Shown here piece after piece: positions 17,372 to 27,339 of a DNA stretch of 50,760 bases (position 1 is the first letter of the stretch; every line of letters starts with the position of its first letter). The stretch lies in assembly GCA_964372275.1 (NCBI GenBank), contig CAYJRR010000013.1, forward strand, positions 1 through 50,760. Reading direction: 5' to 3'. The notes under the pieces are model-generated. The model was not told where the DNA came from and made no database searches. It saw nothing but the letters and a program-made list of their open reading frames with translations. This DNA comes from an uncultured bacterium (GTDB lineage: Bacteria > CAYJRR01). The position numbers were made by a program, and so were the translations under genes.

Positions 17372-18424
17372 CTAGCCGAGCGCGCGGAGCGCCTTCCAGG
17401 AGCGGCCGGGGTCGGGGGCGCGGCGGGCGAGATCGGCCAGCGTCCGCACCCACCGGGGATGGTCGTTCAGCGACGGCACCAGCGTGAGCGCTTCGCCGCC
17501 GGCGCGGACGAACGACGCCGCGGCGGTGAGCCCGATCTCCTCCACCGTCTCCAGGCAGTCGGCGACGAAGGCCGGGCAGAAGACGACGACCCGCGCGCAG
17601 CCCCGTTCCGGGAGCGTCGGCAGGACGTGGTCGGTGTAGGGGCGGATCCAGCCGTCGCGATCCAGGCGCGATTGGAAGGCGACCGAGTACCGCCCGGCGT
17701 CGAGACCGAGCCGCTCCGCGATCCCCCGCGCGGTGGCGTGGCACTGCGCGCGGTAGCAGTCGCGGTTCAGATCGGTGAGGCGATCGCAGCAGTCGGCCGC
17801 GACGAGGCAGTGCCGTCCCGTGCGGTCGCCGCGCCGGATGTGGCGCTCCGGCAGTCCATGGAAGCTGAACAGCACGTGGTCGGGGCGCGCGCGTGCGAGC
17901 ACCGGCGCCCCGACTTCGGCGAACGCCTCCAGGAAGCCGGGCTCGTCGAAGAAGGGGCCGATCGCCGCCAACGGCAGCCGGAGGTCGAGGCGGGTCGCTT
18001 CGCGCTCCACCGCCTCGAGCGTCGACCCGGTCGAGGCGACGGCGAACTGCGGATAGAGCGGGACGGCGACGATCCGATCGCAGCCGGCCGCCCGGAGGCG
18101 CGTCAGCCCCTCCGCGATCGGCGGGTTGCCGTAGCGCATCGCCAACTCCACCGCCCACTCGCGGCCCAGCTCGACACGGACGGCATCGCGGAGGGCGAGC
18201 CCGTGGCGCAGGAGCGGCGAGCCACCGTCCCAGATCTTGCGGTAGGCGGCGGCGGAGCGACGCGAGCGGAAGGGGAGGATCACCAGGTGGAGGAGCAACG
18301 CCCGCGCCGCCGGGTGCATGTCGAGGACCCGCGGGTCGGAGAGGAACTCCCGCAGGTAGCGCCGCACCGCGCGCGGCGTCGGACTGTCGGGGGTCCCGAG
18401 GTTGACCAGGAGCAGCCCGTTCAT
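17372..18424 (-). CDS. hemH: Ferrochelatase
   Basis: MNGLLLVNLGTPDSP, FLSDPRV, MRYGNP, PLYPQ, FSFHGLPERH, FQSR, FVADCLET. Confidence 0.96.
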   Translation of the reverse strand: MNGLLLVNLGTPDSPTPRAVRRYLREFLSDPRVLDMHPAARALLLHLVILPFRSRRSAAAYRKIWDGGSPLLRHGLALRDAVRVELGREWAVELAMRYGNPPIAEGLTRLRAAGCDRIVAVPLYPQFAVASTGSTLEAVEREATRLDLRLPLAAIGPFFDEPGFLEAFAEVGAPVLARARPDHVLFSFHGLPERHIRRGDRTGRHCLVAADCCDRLTDLNRDCYRAQCHATARGIAERLGLDAGRYSVAFQSRLDRDGWIRPYTDHVLPTLPERGCARVVVFCPAFVADCLETVEEIGLTAAASFVRAGGEALTLVPSLNDHPRWVRTLADLARRAPDPGRSWKALRALG

Positions 18425-20277
18425 TCCGGCGCCTCCTCGATCTCCAACAACGACTCCTCCTCGGGCGGCAGAAGGAACCGTTCCACCGTCCTGGCGTCGG
18501 GTTTGGCGCCGGCGAAGGCCAGAGGCGTCAGCGCGGCGTCGACCAACTCCTCGTCCGAGATCGCCTCCACGTCGTGGAGCTTCTCCACCAGCGTCATCAC
18601 CCGCTCGTCCCACTCCTCGCCGATCGCGCCCTGCTGGAAGTACACATAGTAGCGCCGCGGATTGGGGATCACCGACGCCAGGTAGGCCGCCTCCTTCGCG
18701 GTCAGCTCGCGCGGCTCTTTGGCGAAGTAGTGCTTCGAGGCCGCGCGGACGCCGTAGACCCCCGGACCCCACTCGATCCCGTTGAGGTAGATCTCGAGGA
18801 TCCGTCCCTTCGGCAGCGCCGCTTCCAGGGCGACGGTGAGGAACGCCTCCTCCAACTTCCGCCGCAGCGTCTTTTCCCGCGAGAGCCACAGGTTCTTCGC
18901 GAGCTGCTGGGTGACGGTGCTCCCGCCCCGCTTCCACGCCTTCGCCTGGAGGTTGGTGCGGGCGGCGTGGACGAGCCCCTCGGCGTCGAACCCGGCGTGC
19001 GACCAGAACGAGGCGTCTTCGGCGAGCAGCACCGCGCGCGTCACGCGGTCGGGGATCTGCGACAGCGGCAGGTAGTCGGGGTTCTGCGGCCCGATCCAGA
19101 AGACGGGCGCCGACGGATCGGCGGCGGGGCGGAACGGGAACGGCTTGAGCAACGGCTGCCCGCCGCCGGCCGCCTTGGTGCGCCGGCGGATCTCCGAAAG
19201 GTCGAGGGCCAGCTCCACCTCCCATCGAGCCGGATCGTCGGCGGGACCCGCGAGGGTGGCGTGCGCGGCGACCGGACCGTCTACCTTCAGCGCGACGAGC
19301 GGCAGGAGATCGAGCGGAAGCCCGTCGGCGAAGGCGGCCAGCGCATCGGTCGAGGCGCGAAGATCGAAGGCCAGCCGCTTCGCGTCCTTCGACGCTTCGA
19401 TCGACGCGCGTCCGTGGGGTCCGACCGAAAGGTGCGCGTCGAACCGGGTCCGGCCGGGCCGGCGCTCGTCGTGCAGCTCGCCGTCCAGCGCCAGCGGCGG
19501 CAGCGCGATCGGCGGCTCGCCGGGGTCGGCGAGTCGAACGTCGTCTCCGAAGGCCTGGAAGAAGGCGTCGGTCGCGTCCCCCGACCGGTCGATCCGCGTC
19601 TCGAGGAACAGGTCCGACAGGACGCAACGGCCACCGGTGCCGGACGTAGGCCCATCGACGCACAGGCGCGAATCGCCGAGGATCCGCAGGATCCAGTCCG
19701 GAGCGGTTTCGTCCGCGGCCGCTGCGCGGACGGGGACGACCGAAAACTCGAGCGACCCGCCCGGAGCGGAGTCCCACCACAGCCGACGCGCGCCGATCCG
19801 CCCGCTCGGATCCCCCCGGCCGGCCGCAGGCCCGATGCCGACGCGCAGGCCCCGCGCGCCCAGGTGTCGGAGCGCCATCCTTCCGCGGAGCAAGGCTCCG
19901 ACGCGGGGCGCGACCTCGATGCCGTCGACGGTGAGCTCGAATCGCGAGAGCGGGATGCGGATCCCGTCGAATCGGACGACCCCGGTGAGGTCGGCCGCCG
20001 CGCAGGAGGCGATCGTCGCGCCGGGGATGCGCGACGCGAGAACGGCCTCCGCGCGGGCGCGGATCGGTTCGCGCACGAACGGGAGCTGCAGCGCCGCTTC
20101 GGCGAGGATCGCGAGCAGGACGGCGATCCCGAACGACCGCGCGGCCGCCCGCCGCGTCCCCCCACCTGCCGCGCCCGACGGACGGAAGCGCCGCGCGTGT
20201 CGCGCCGCGTAGGGACTCCGACGGAAGCTCCGGGCGCCCCGACGAAACGGGTTCGGGGGGGTCGGAGGCGCGGACAT
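18421..20277 (-). CDS. Monofunctional peptidoglycan transglycosylase (GT51, MtgA-like) with long N-terminal extension
   Basis: EDASFWSHAG, GGSTVTQQLAKNL, RKLEE, ILEIYLNGIEWG motifs; no transpeptidase domain; ATGA overlap with hemH. Confidence 0.9.
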   Translation of the reverse strand: MSAPPTPPNPFRRGARSFRRSPYAARHARRFRPSGAAGGGTRRAAARSFGIAVLLAILAEAALQLPFVREPIRARAEAVLASRIPGATIASCAAADLTGVVRFDGIRIPLSRFELTVDGIEVAPRVGALLRGRMALRHLGARGLRVGIGPAAGRGDPSGRIGARRLWWDSAPGGSLEFSVVPVRAAAADETAPDWILRILGDSRLCVDGPTSGTGGRCVLSDLFLETRIDRSGDATDAFFQAFGDDVRLADPGEPPIALPPLALDGELHDERRPGRTRFDAHLSVGPHGRASIEASKDAKRLAFDLRASTDALAAFADGLPLDLLPLVALKVDGPVAAHATLAGPADDPARWEVELALDLSEIRRRTKAAGGGQPLLKPFPFRPAADPSAPVFWIGPQNPDYLPLSQIPDRVTRAVLLAEDASFWSHAGFDAEGLVHAARTNLQAKAWKRGGSTVTQQLAKNLWLSREKTLRRKLEEAFLTVALEAALPKGRILEIYLNGIEWGPGVYGVRAASKHYFAKEPRELTAKEAAYLASVIPNPRRYYVYFQQGAIGEEWDERVMTLVEKLHDVEAISDEELVDAALTPLAFAGAKPDARTVERFLLPPEEESLLEIEEAPE

Positions 20278-20360
20278 CGCCGCGGATGCTACCAGATCGA
20301 AAACGGCAGGAAGGGGGGCGGGCGGCGAGCCCGCGGATGGAGTATCGTGGAGCGTTCGCG

Positions 20361-23300
20361 ATGATTTCGCCGACCGCCCTCGACCTCACGTTCCTGCCGT
20401 CGCCGGCCCGGCCGTTCGAGGGGGTTCTCTTCCTCTACTCCCCCGGCGGTCCCGACCGGACGCCGGTGTCGTCGTCGGTCGCGGCCGCCGGTCTGGGGAG
20501 CTGGCTGTTGCGGCTCGAACCGCGCACCGTTCTCCTTCGACTCGCCGATGGCGTGACGGCGAGCGTCGCCGGTCTGGCGATGCGTCTTCCGGACGCGCTC
20601 GAGACGCTGGCTGCCATCCGTCCCACCCGCGATCCGGCCGCGAAGGCCTCGGTCCGGTCGGTGCCGGCGTCGATCCGCGGCTGGGCGCAGGCGGCGAAGC
20701 TTGCGCTGGAGCTCGCCGGCCGGGAGGAGGCGGTACCGGCGGTGAAGACCGACGAGCGACGCGCGCCCCGCGCGGTCTGGAGCGTCTCGCTGCGGCGTCC
20801 CGGCGATCGCGGGCGGCGCGACGCCATCGCGGACAGTCTGCCGCCGTCCGCGGCCGCCGCGGTGGTCGATGCCACCGCCCGCCCGCCGCGCGCCTGGGCG
20901 CCCCGGCCGCTGGTCGGCGCGTTCCTCGACGCCGTCGCCGACAGCCTGGTTCGCGCCGGCGTCCCTCCGGCGTCGCGGCCGCGCGCCGACGGTTCGAAGC
21001 GACCGCGCGCGTGGGAGCTGCGTCTCCTTCGCGCCTGGACCGAGCGCGACAACGCCCTCCACCCCGAGACCCACGGCGAGAGCGGGCTGGTGGCCAGTCT
21101 CGCCAGCTGGAGCGCGCCCCTGCTCGAAGCCGACGCGCGTGGGGTGCGCGTCGCGCTACGCCTCGAGACCCCTGCCGGTGGCGAGGGTCGATGGCGGCTC
21201 GCCTACCTCCTGCAATCGACGAGCGATCCGACCGCCCTCGTGGAGGCGCAGGCGATCTGGAGCGGCGCGGTCGTTCCGGGGGCGGGCGAAGGGGCCGAGA
21301 CCGAGCTGCTCCGCGGGCTCGCCGAGGCGGCTCGGGTCTTTCGCCCGATCGAGCGAAGCCTCCGGGAGGCGTCTCCGCAGGGGGTCGATCTGTCCGCCGA
21401 CGAGGCGTGGACCTTCCTCGCGCGGAGCGCCCCGGTGCTGGCGGAGACCGGCTTCGGCCTGATCGTCCCACCGGACCTGGAGGCGTCGGCGCGATTGCGG
21501 CTTCGGGCGCGGGTCCGACTCGAAGGCCTGACGAACTATCGATGGGAGCTGGCGCTCGGTGAGGAGGCGCTTTCGGAGGAGGAGCTCGAGGCCCTGTCGG
21601 GCCCCCGCACCCCGCTGATGCGGTGGCGCGGCCGCTGGATTTCGATCGATCCGGCGGAGCTGGACGAGGCGCGCCGGCGGCTCGCGCGAGGAGGGGGTAC
21701 GCTCTCCTCGGGCGCCGCGCTCGCCGCCCTCGCCACGGGGGAGGTCGAGGTCGACGGCGAAACGGTCGAGCTGGTTGCGACCGGCGACCTGGCGGCCTTG
21801 AGCCGCTGGCTCCGGTCGGGGGCCGCCGGAGAGGAGGTCTCCGATCCGGCGGGGTTCGCCGGGTCGCTCCGTCCCTACCAGCGGCGCGGACTGGGGTGGC
21901 TCGACGCGATGGAGCGGTTCGGCCTCGGGGGATGCCTCGCCGACGACATGGGTCTCGGCAAAACGATCCAGGTGATCGCGCTTTCGCTCCTGCGTCCGAA
22001 GCGGACGCTGCTCGTCTGCCCGACGTCGGTGGTGGGGAACTGGGAGCGGGAGCTGGCCCGCTTCGCGCCGGGGATCCCCGTCACGCGCCACCACGGCATG
22101 AACCGGGCGCGGAGCGCGGAGGAGCTGACCCGTCGCGGCGGCACGATCACGGTCACCACCTACGCCATCGCCCGCCGCGACGAGACGTGGCTCGGGTCGA
22201 TCCCCTGGGAGCGGATCGTGCTCGACGAGGCGCAGGGGATCAAGAACCCGGCGACGCGCCAGTCGCGCGCGGTGCGCGAGCTCTCGCGAAGCGCGAACGC
22301 CACCCGCATCGCGCTGACCGGTACGCCGCTGGAGAATCGCCTGACCGACCTGTGGTCGATCCTCGACTTCTGCAATCCGGGGCTGCTCGGGTCGGTGGAG
22401 TCGTTCCGCCGCCGCTTCGCGCGGCCGATCGAGCGATGGCAGGACGACGCCGTCGCCGCGTCGCTCAAAGCCCGCATCCGTCCCTTCGTCCTGCGGCGGT
22501 TGAAGAGCGATCCGGCGGTGGCGATCTCGATCCCCGAGAAGAACGAGATGCGCGTCGTCTGCGCGCTGACGCGCGAGCAGGCCGAGCTCTACCAGGCGGA
22601 GGTGGCGCGCGCGCTCACGGAGATCCGCGAGAAACGCGGGATCGAGCGGCGCGGGCGGATCCTGGCGCTGCTGACGGCGCTCAAGCAGATCTGCAACCAC
22701 CCTTCGCAGTTCAAGAAGGAGGTCGGTGGGCCGCTCGCCGGACGGTCGGGGAAGCTGGCGCGCCTGGTGGAGATGCTCGAGGAGACGGTCGCCTCGGGCG
22801 AGCGCGCGCTGGTCTTCACCCAGTTCCGTCAGATGGGGGACCGGCTGGTCGAGCTGCTCGAGAAGACGTTCGGCGAGCCGGTTCCGTTCCTGCACGGCGG
22901 GGTCGCCGCCGCCGAACGCGACGAGATGGTCCGGCGTTTCCAGGGCGACTTCGCGGCGGGGGCCTTTCCGGAGGAGGCCGAGGCGAACCGGCCGCGGGTC
23001 TTCGTGTTGTCGCTCCGGGCGGGCGGCCTGGGCTTGAACCTCACCGCGGCGACGCAGGTCTTCCACTTCGACCGCTGGTGGAACCCGGCGGTCGAGGACC
23101 AGGCGACCGATCGCGCCCACCGGATCGGCCAGGAGCGGCCGGTCTCGGTCTACAAGCTGGTGACCGCCGGCACCCTCGAGGAGCGGATCGACAAGCTCCT
23201 GGAAGCGAAGCGCGGACTCTCGGAGAAGGTTCTCGGCAGCGGCGAGCGGTGGCTCACCGAGCTTTCCGACGACGAGCTCGCGGAGCTGGTTTCGCTCGGC

Positions 23301-23378
23301 GACGAAGGGGAGGTCGAGCTCGAATCGGAGGAGCCGGCCGACGTCGCGGTCGAAACGGCGGAAGGGGTCCGGACGTGA
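20361..23378 (+). CDS. SNF2/SWI2-family helicase-like ATPase
   Basis: LRPYQRRG, LADDMGLGKT, VLDEAQ, LTGTPLEN, LRRLK, SGKL, GGLGLNLT, WWNPAVEDQATDRAHRIGQ. Start is uncertain (20337 or 20361). Confidence 0.95.
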   Translation: MISPTALDLTFLPSPARPFEGVLFLYSPGGPDRTPVSSSVAAAGLGSWLLRLEPRTVLLRLADGVTASVAGLAMRLPDALETLAAIRPTRDPAAKASVRSVPASIRGWAQAAKLALELAGREEAVPAVKTDERRAPRAVWSVSLRRPGDRGRRDAIADSLPPSAAAAVVDATARPPRAWAPRPLVGAFLDAVADSLVRAGVPPASRPRADGSKRPRAWELRLLRAWTERDNALHPETHGESGLVASLASWSAPLLEADARGVRVALRLETPAGGEGRWRLAYLLQSTSDPTALVEAQAIWSGAVVPGAGEGAETELLRGLAEAARVFRPIERSLREASPQGVDLSADEAWTFLARSAPVLAETGFGLIVPPDLEASARLRLRARVRLEGLTNYRWELALGEEALSEEELEALSGPRTPLMRWRGRWISIDPAELDEARRRLARGGGTLSSGAALAALATGEVEVDGETVELVATGDLAALSRWLRSGAAGEEVSDPAGFAGSLRPYQRRGLGWLDAMERFGLGGCLADDMGLGKTIQVIALSLLRPKRTLLVCPTSVVGNWERELARFAPGIPVTRHHGMNRARSAEELTRRGGTITVTTYAIARRDETWLGSIPWERIVLDEAQGIKNPATRQSRAVRELSRSANATRIALTGTPLENRLTDLWSILDFCNPGLLGSVESFRRRFARPIERWQDDAVAASLKARIRPFVLRRLKSDPAVAISIPEKNEMRVVCALTREQAELYQAEVARALTEIREKRGIERRGRILALLTALKQICNHPSQFKKEVGGPLAGRSGKLARLVEMLEETVASGERALVFTQFRQMGDRLVELLEKTFGEPVPFLHGGVAAAERDEMVRRFQGDFAAGAFPEEAEANRPRVFVLSLRAGGLGLNLTAATQVFHFDRWWNPAVEDQATDRAHRIGQERPVSVYKLVTAGTLEERIDKLLEAKRGLSEKVLGSGERWLTELSDDELAELVSLGDEGEVELESEEPADVAVETAEGVRT

Positions 23379-24169
23379 CCCGCCCCCCCCTCGCCGACGG
23401 GATCTCCTGGTGGGGTCGCCGCTGGGCGGAGGCGTTGTCGATACCGGAGCGCGAACCGCGCGGGCGCGGCCGGCTGCGGATCCGTTCGGTCAAGCTGCGG
23501 GAGCTCGATCGGCGGAGCGGCGAAGCGACGGTGGAGGTGACGACCTCGTCGATCGTCCCCTACGAGGTGCGGATCCAGGTCGCGCCGTTTCCCGAGCCGG
23601 TCTGGCGCGCGGCGATGGCGGGCGCGAAGTCCGGCGCCTCCACCGCCGCCCGGCTGCTCGCCGGGGACTTGCCGGAAGAGGTGGAGGGGGCGTTCCGCGC
23701 GGCCGGCGGCTCGCTCTTCCCGGGACCGGTCGACGTCCGCGCGCGGTGCAGCTGCGCCGCCGCGTTCGGCGGATGCCGCCACCTTCCGCTGGCGCATCGG
23801 GCGCTGGCGGAGGCGATCGGCCACGATCCGTTCCTGCTGTTCGACCTGCGCGGGCACCCGCGCGGGGAGGTGCTCGCCGCGCTCGGGGTCGCGCCGCGCG
23901 AGTCGGCCGTCGAGGCGGCCGCCCCCGGCGATCCGCCGACCGGCGTTCCCGAGGCGCTCTTCCGCCGGCCCACCGGCGATCTGGCCGCGGCGCACTTCCA
24001 CATCGCGGCGCCGGAGCGTTCGCTGCTGATCCTCACGCGTCTGGGGGACCCGCCGGGCTGGAAGGGACCCCCGTCGTTGTTGGAGAAGCTGGGACCGATC
24101 GTGCAGGCCGCCGCCGCGAAGGCCCGCGCCATCGCCCGGGGTGAATCGGAGGGTCCGCGCGAGGGGTGA
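23375..24169 (+). CDS. SWIM zinc-finger protein (partner of the SNF2 helicase)
   Basis: SWWGRRWAEAL N-terminus, CSC...GCRH SWIM motif, DPFLLFDLRG; GTGA overlap with the helicase stop. Confidence 0.9.
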   Translation: MTRPPLADGISWWGRRWAEALSIPEREPRGRGRLRIRSVKLRELDRRSGEATVEVTTSSIVPYEVRIQVAPFPEPVWRAAMAGAKSGASTAARLLAGDLPEEVEGAFRAAGGSLFPGPVDVRARCSCAAAFGGCRHLPLAHRALAEAIGHDPFLLFDLRGHPRGEVLAALGVAPRESAVEAAAPGDPPTGVPEALFRRPTGDLAAAHFHIAAPERSLLILTRLGDPPGWKGPPSLLEKLGPIVQAAAAKARAIARGESEGPREG

Positions 24170-24299
24170 TTGGAGCACCTCCGCCAATCGGTGAATTTTT
24201 GCTCAGGCGGCGATCGCCCGCGTCGTACTCGACGCGCCGCCGGAACGCCGGATCCCCTTTCGCGGCAAGGGTTGGCGGCGGAGTGACGCATTGCGTCAG

Positions 24300-24316
24300 G
24301 TGGCACGGCGGTTGCT
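24300..24316 (+). promoter_or_regulatory. sigma54 promoter
   Basis: TGGCACGGCGGTTGCT, an essentially perfect -24/-12 consensus ending 13 nt before ATG 24330. Confidence 0.85.
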
Positions 24317-24329
24317 CTGGCGGCGGGCC

Positions 24330-25967
24330 ATGAACCGCACGCCGATCCGATCCGCCACCGTCCTCCTCCTCGCCTCGACGCTCCTCGCCGCCGGATGCGG
24401 CGACTACCTTCCGCAGATCTGGGAAGGGGAGGCGGAGTCGCCGTTCTCCAGCCGCGAAGCGACGCTGCTCGACTTCGAGTTCGAGGGGGAGTTCGTCACC
24501 GCCAGCACCTGGGGCCTCGAGCGCCTGGCGCAGGACCAGCTTCTCTACACCATCGGTCACCTGAACGGGAACAACTCGGTCGGCCGGCTCGACAAGTTGG
24601 TCCTCACCAACTTCCGCAGCTCGGGCCTCCCCGACGGTACGACGCGCGTGCAGTACCACGCCACCCTGCCCGTGGCCTGGGGGAGCAAGACCAACCTTCC
24701 GACGAGCTACCAGTTCCTCCTCCCCAAGCGCGTCGACTACGCCGGGCAGGAGGCGTTCACCGCGAAGTACAAGGACCGCTGCGTCGACTGGGGGGCGCAC
24801 GACGTCGACACCGGGAGCATGTGGTACTACTACCGGCCCCGCCGGTCCGGCTGCGTCATCGATCCGGCCGACGCCGTCGGCGCTGCCTCGACGGTGCGCG
24901 TCAGCACCGAGAACACCACCGGGAAGTACCCCGAATACCACCGGGTGTGGAGCGACGGATCGCTCGACGTGGTGGCGATTTTTGGAAAGTACGAAGACGG
25001 CGCCACGACCTCCTCCGACGCCGGGATCGCCGCCTACAACCGATTCGTCTCCACGGTGCGGCAGAGTTTGGGCTCGTCGGTGACGACGACGCCGTCGAAC
25101 GTGCCGTCGAACCCGGGGATCGCCGTCCCCGACGTCACCTTCCGCGCGACCCTCGCGGGTGGCCGCACCGCCACCGTCACCGCGCTCCTGGTCGACAACG
25201 TCCGCACCGCCGGTCCGGCGTTCAACGCCCGCTACAACGACCTCTCCGAGACGGCCGACATGATCTTCTACAACGGGCACGCGGGGCTTGGGCAGAACGT
25301 GCGGGCGCTGGCCAACAAGGGGAGCTTCCTCCCCGGGAAGTACCAAATCTTCTTCATGAACGGCTGCGACACCTTCGCCTACGTCGACGGCGCGCTGGCG
25401 CAGAAGAAGGCGTCGATCAATCCGGACGACCCGAACGGAACGAAGTACCTCGACATGGTCACCAACGCCATGCCGTCGTTCTTCTCCTCGATGCCGTACG
25501 CCAGCATGGCGCTGATCGAAGGGCTGCTCGACGTCGACGCGCCGAAGACGTGGGAGACGATCTTCGCCGAGATCGACGACGCCGAGGTGGTGGTCGTCAC
25601 CGGCGAGGAGGACAACGAGTACCGACCGGGCCAGGATCCGGGCGAACCGGACGGCTGGTCGGGGCTCTCGGTCGCGGGGAGCGTGGCGCGGGACGAGGAG
25701 GCGCGCTGGTCGACGCCGGAGCTTCCCGCCGGCAGCTACCGCTTCGAGCTGGCGCACGACCCGGCCGCCCCCGGCGCCGGCGATGCCGACCTCTACGTGA
25801 ACGTCGGCGCCGCGGCCACCACGCAGGCCTGGGTCTGCCGCCCCTACGAGAACGGTTCCGACGAGCGCTGCGACGTGACCCTGAGCGCGAAGGCTTCGAT
25901 CCACGTGATGATCCGCGGCTACGCCTCCGGCAGCTCCGGCTTCCTCCTCACCGGCGCGGCGCAGTAG
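24330..25967 (+). CDS. Lipoprotein with C-terminal PPC (pre-peptidase) domain; possible clan CD cysteine peptidase core
   Basis: Lipobox AAGC; GDADLYVNVG...CRPYENGSDERC is a PPC signature; FYNGHAG...FFMNGC His/Cys pair. Confidence 0.85.
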   Translation: MNRTPIRSATVLLLASTLLAAGCGDYLPQIWEGEAESPFSSREATLLDFEFEGEFVTASTWGLERLAQDQLLYTIGHLNGNNSVGRLDKLVLTNFRSSGLPDGTTRVQYHATLPVAWGSKTNLPTSYQFLLPKRVDYAGQEAFTAKYKDRCVDWGAHDVDTGSMWYYYRPRRSGCVIDPADAVGAASTVRVSTENTTGKYPEYHRVWSDGSLDVVAIFGKYEDGATTSSDAGIAAYNRFVSTVRQSLGSSVTTTPSNVPSNPGIAVPDVTFRATLAGGRTATVTALLVDNVRTAGPAFNARYNDLSETADMIFYNGHAGLGQNVRALANKGSFLPGKYQIFFMNGCDTFAYVDGALAQKKASINPDDPNGTKYLDMVTNAMPSFFSSMPYASMALIEGLLDVDAPKTWETIFAEIDDAEVVVVTGEEDNEYRPGQDPGEPDGWSGLSVAGSVARDEEARWSTPELPAGSYRFELAHDPAAPGAGDADLYVNVGAAATTQAWVCRPYENGSDERCDVTLSAKASIHVMIRGYASGSSGFLLTGAAQ

Positions 25968-26082
25968 CCACCTCCCCTCGCCGTCCGCAGGGTGGGAAAG
26001 AACGCCCTGGTTACGGGCCGTCCGCAGCCTCCGGATCCGGCGGCGATCGCTGTCGAATCGCGGCGTTGGCGGTGTGACGTCA

Positions 26083-26099
26083 CTGGCGCGGATGCTGCT
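26083..26099 (+). promoter_or_regulatory. Probable sigma54 promoter
   Basis: CTGGCGCGGATGCTGCT = GG-N10-GC, upstream of a GGAGGT RBS and ATG 26128. Confidence 0.6.
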
Positions 26100-26127
26100 A
26101 GTCGGCGATGACTCGGAGGTCCGGTCG

Positions 26128-27240
26128 ATGCATCGTCGCGCGCTCGTTCTGCTGGTGCTCCTCTTCGCCTCGCCGGCAAGGGGGGAGGAGGCCGCGCCGA
26201 TCCGGGCCGAACACGATCCGATGCTCGACTCGCGGCTGATGGTCGAATCGAGCCTCTCGACGCCGGCGACCTCCGAGTTCCTGGAGGCGGCGTCGGGGAT
26301 GGTCTGCCTCGAAGGCAAGCTGTGGGTGATCTCGGACAACACGCTCCAGTTCGGCTACTTCGACCTCGACTGGGACGAGTTCCGCGTCTTCGACCTACCG
26401 GCGGGACCTGATGGCGAGCGAAACTTCTCCCGCCGCCTCGGCAACCATGCCCGCAAGCCGGACTTCGAGGCGCTGGCGGCGCTTCCCGGAGGCGACTCGC
26501 TGCTGGCGATCGGATCGGGCGGATTCCAGTCGGGTCGGACGATCTTCTGGATCGACGCGCGTAGCGGCACGATCGTGCGGCTCGCTGCCGACGAGTTGTT
26601 CGAGGCGCTTGCCGCGCTCCCGGCGGTCGCGCCGCGTCTGAACATCGAGGGGGCGGTGGTGACCGGTGAGGGGTCGCAGGCGAGACTCCTGCTGTTTCAT
26701 CGCGCCAACGAGCGCCGAGCCGACGGCACGTTCGGGCACAACGCAATCCTCGACGTTCCGTTGGAGGACGTCGTCACTGGGAAGTCTCCCCAAGACGTTC
26801 GCATCCGGACATTCGACCTCGGAGAGGTAGGCGGGGTCCCCTACGGCTTCAGCGACGTGACCTACGCGCACGGACAGCTTCACTTCGTCGCCTCGGCGGA
26901 AGGCGAGGACGGCGAGCTGCTCGGCACGATCTTCGGCCGGATCGACGCGGATACGGGGAGGGCGAGGTACGGCCGCATCGTCGACGCCGAGACCGGCCGG
27001 CCGACGCGCCGCAAGCTCGAGGGTCTTTCGTTCGACACGCGCGACTACCTCTTCTACGCCGTCGACGACCCGGACGCCGAGGGCCCGTCGTCGGTCTACC
27101 GTCTCGCCCGCACGACACGCTTCGTCGATCCGCTGCCGTCAGCGGTCCCGGCAGGCGTCGAGATCGCGCGTGACGCCGACACACGGCGCCGAACCTCGAC
27201 GGCGACGGGACGCACGAGCGGCGCCGGATCGCCCCGGTAG
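26128..27240 (+). CDS. Secreted beta-propeller-like protein (DUF6929-like)
   Basis: Signal peptide; AASGM, KPDFEAL, NIEGA and KLEGL repeated blade-like motifs; GGAGGT RBS. Confidence 0.75.
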   Translation: MHRRALVLLVLLFASPARGEEAAPIRAEHDPMLDSRLMVESSLSTPATSEFLEAASGMVCLEGKLWVISDNTLQFGYFDLDWDEFRVFDLPAGPDGERNFSRRLGNHARKPDFEALAALPGGDSLLAIGSGGFQSGRTIFWIDARSGTIVRLAADELFEALAALPAVAPRLNIEGAVVTGEGSQARLLLFHRANERRADGTFGHNAILDVPLEDVVTGKSPQDVRIRTFDLGEVGGVPYGFSDVTYAHGQLHFVASAEGEDGELLGTIFGRIDADTGRARYGRIVDAETGRPTRRKLEGLSFDTRDYLFYAVDDPDAEGPSSVYRLARTTRFVDPLPSAVPAGVEIARDADTRRRTSTATGRTSGAGSPR

Positions 27241-27300
27241 ACCGACGGCCCGTCGGACGGCGGCGCGATGGTCGGAGCGGCTCTCCCCGCTCGCCGCGGG

Positions 27301-27329
27301 TTGCCGCTGGACCGGCGCTCCGTTATGGT
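27301..27329 (+). promoter_or_regulatory. sigma70-type promoter of top6B
   Basis: TTGCCG-N17-TATGGT, 10 nt before ATG 27340. Confidence 0.55.
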
Positions 27330-27339
27330 GCGGGCGCCG

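Noticed and set aside
13677-20389. Apparent 939-aa, 734-aa and 1005-aa fusion ORFs containing HemG, HemN and HemH
   Set aside because: The N-terminal extensions are off-frame read-throughs of adjacent genes. True starts are at 15065, ~16456 and 18424.
21623-24169. 848-aa ORF ending in the SWIM protein (likewise 47207-50425 ending in Dut)
   Set aside because: The upstream parts are alternative frames of the preceding genes. The real genes start at overlapping GTGA/ATGA junctions (23375 and 49976).
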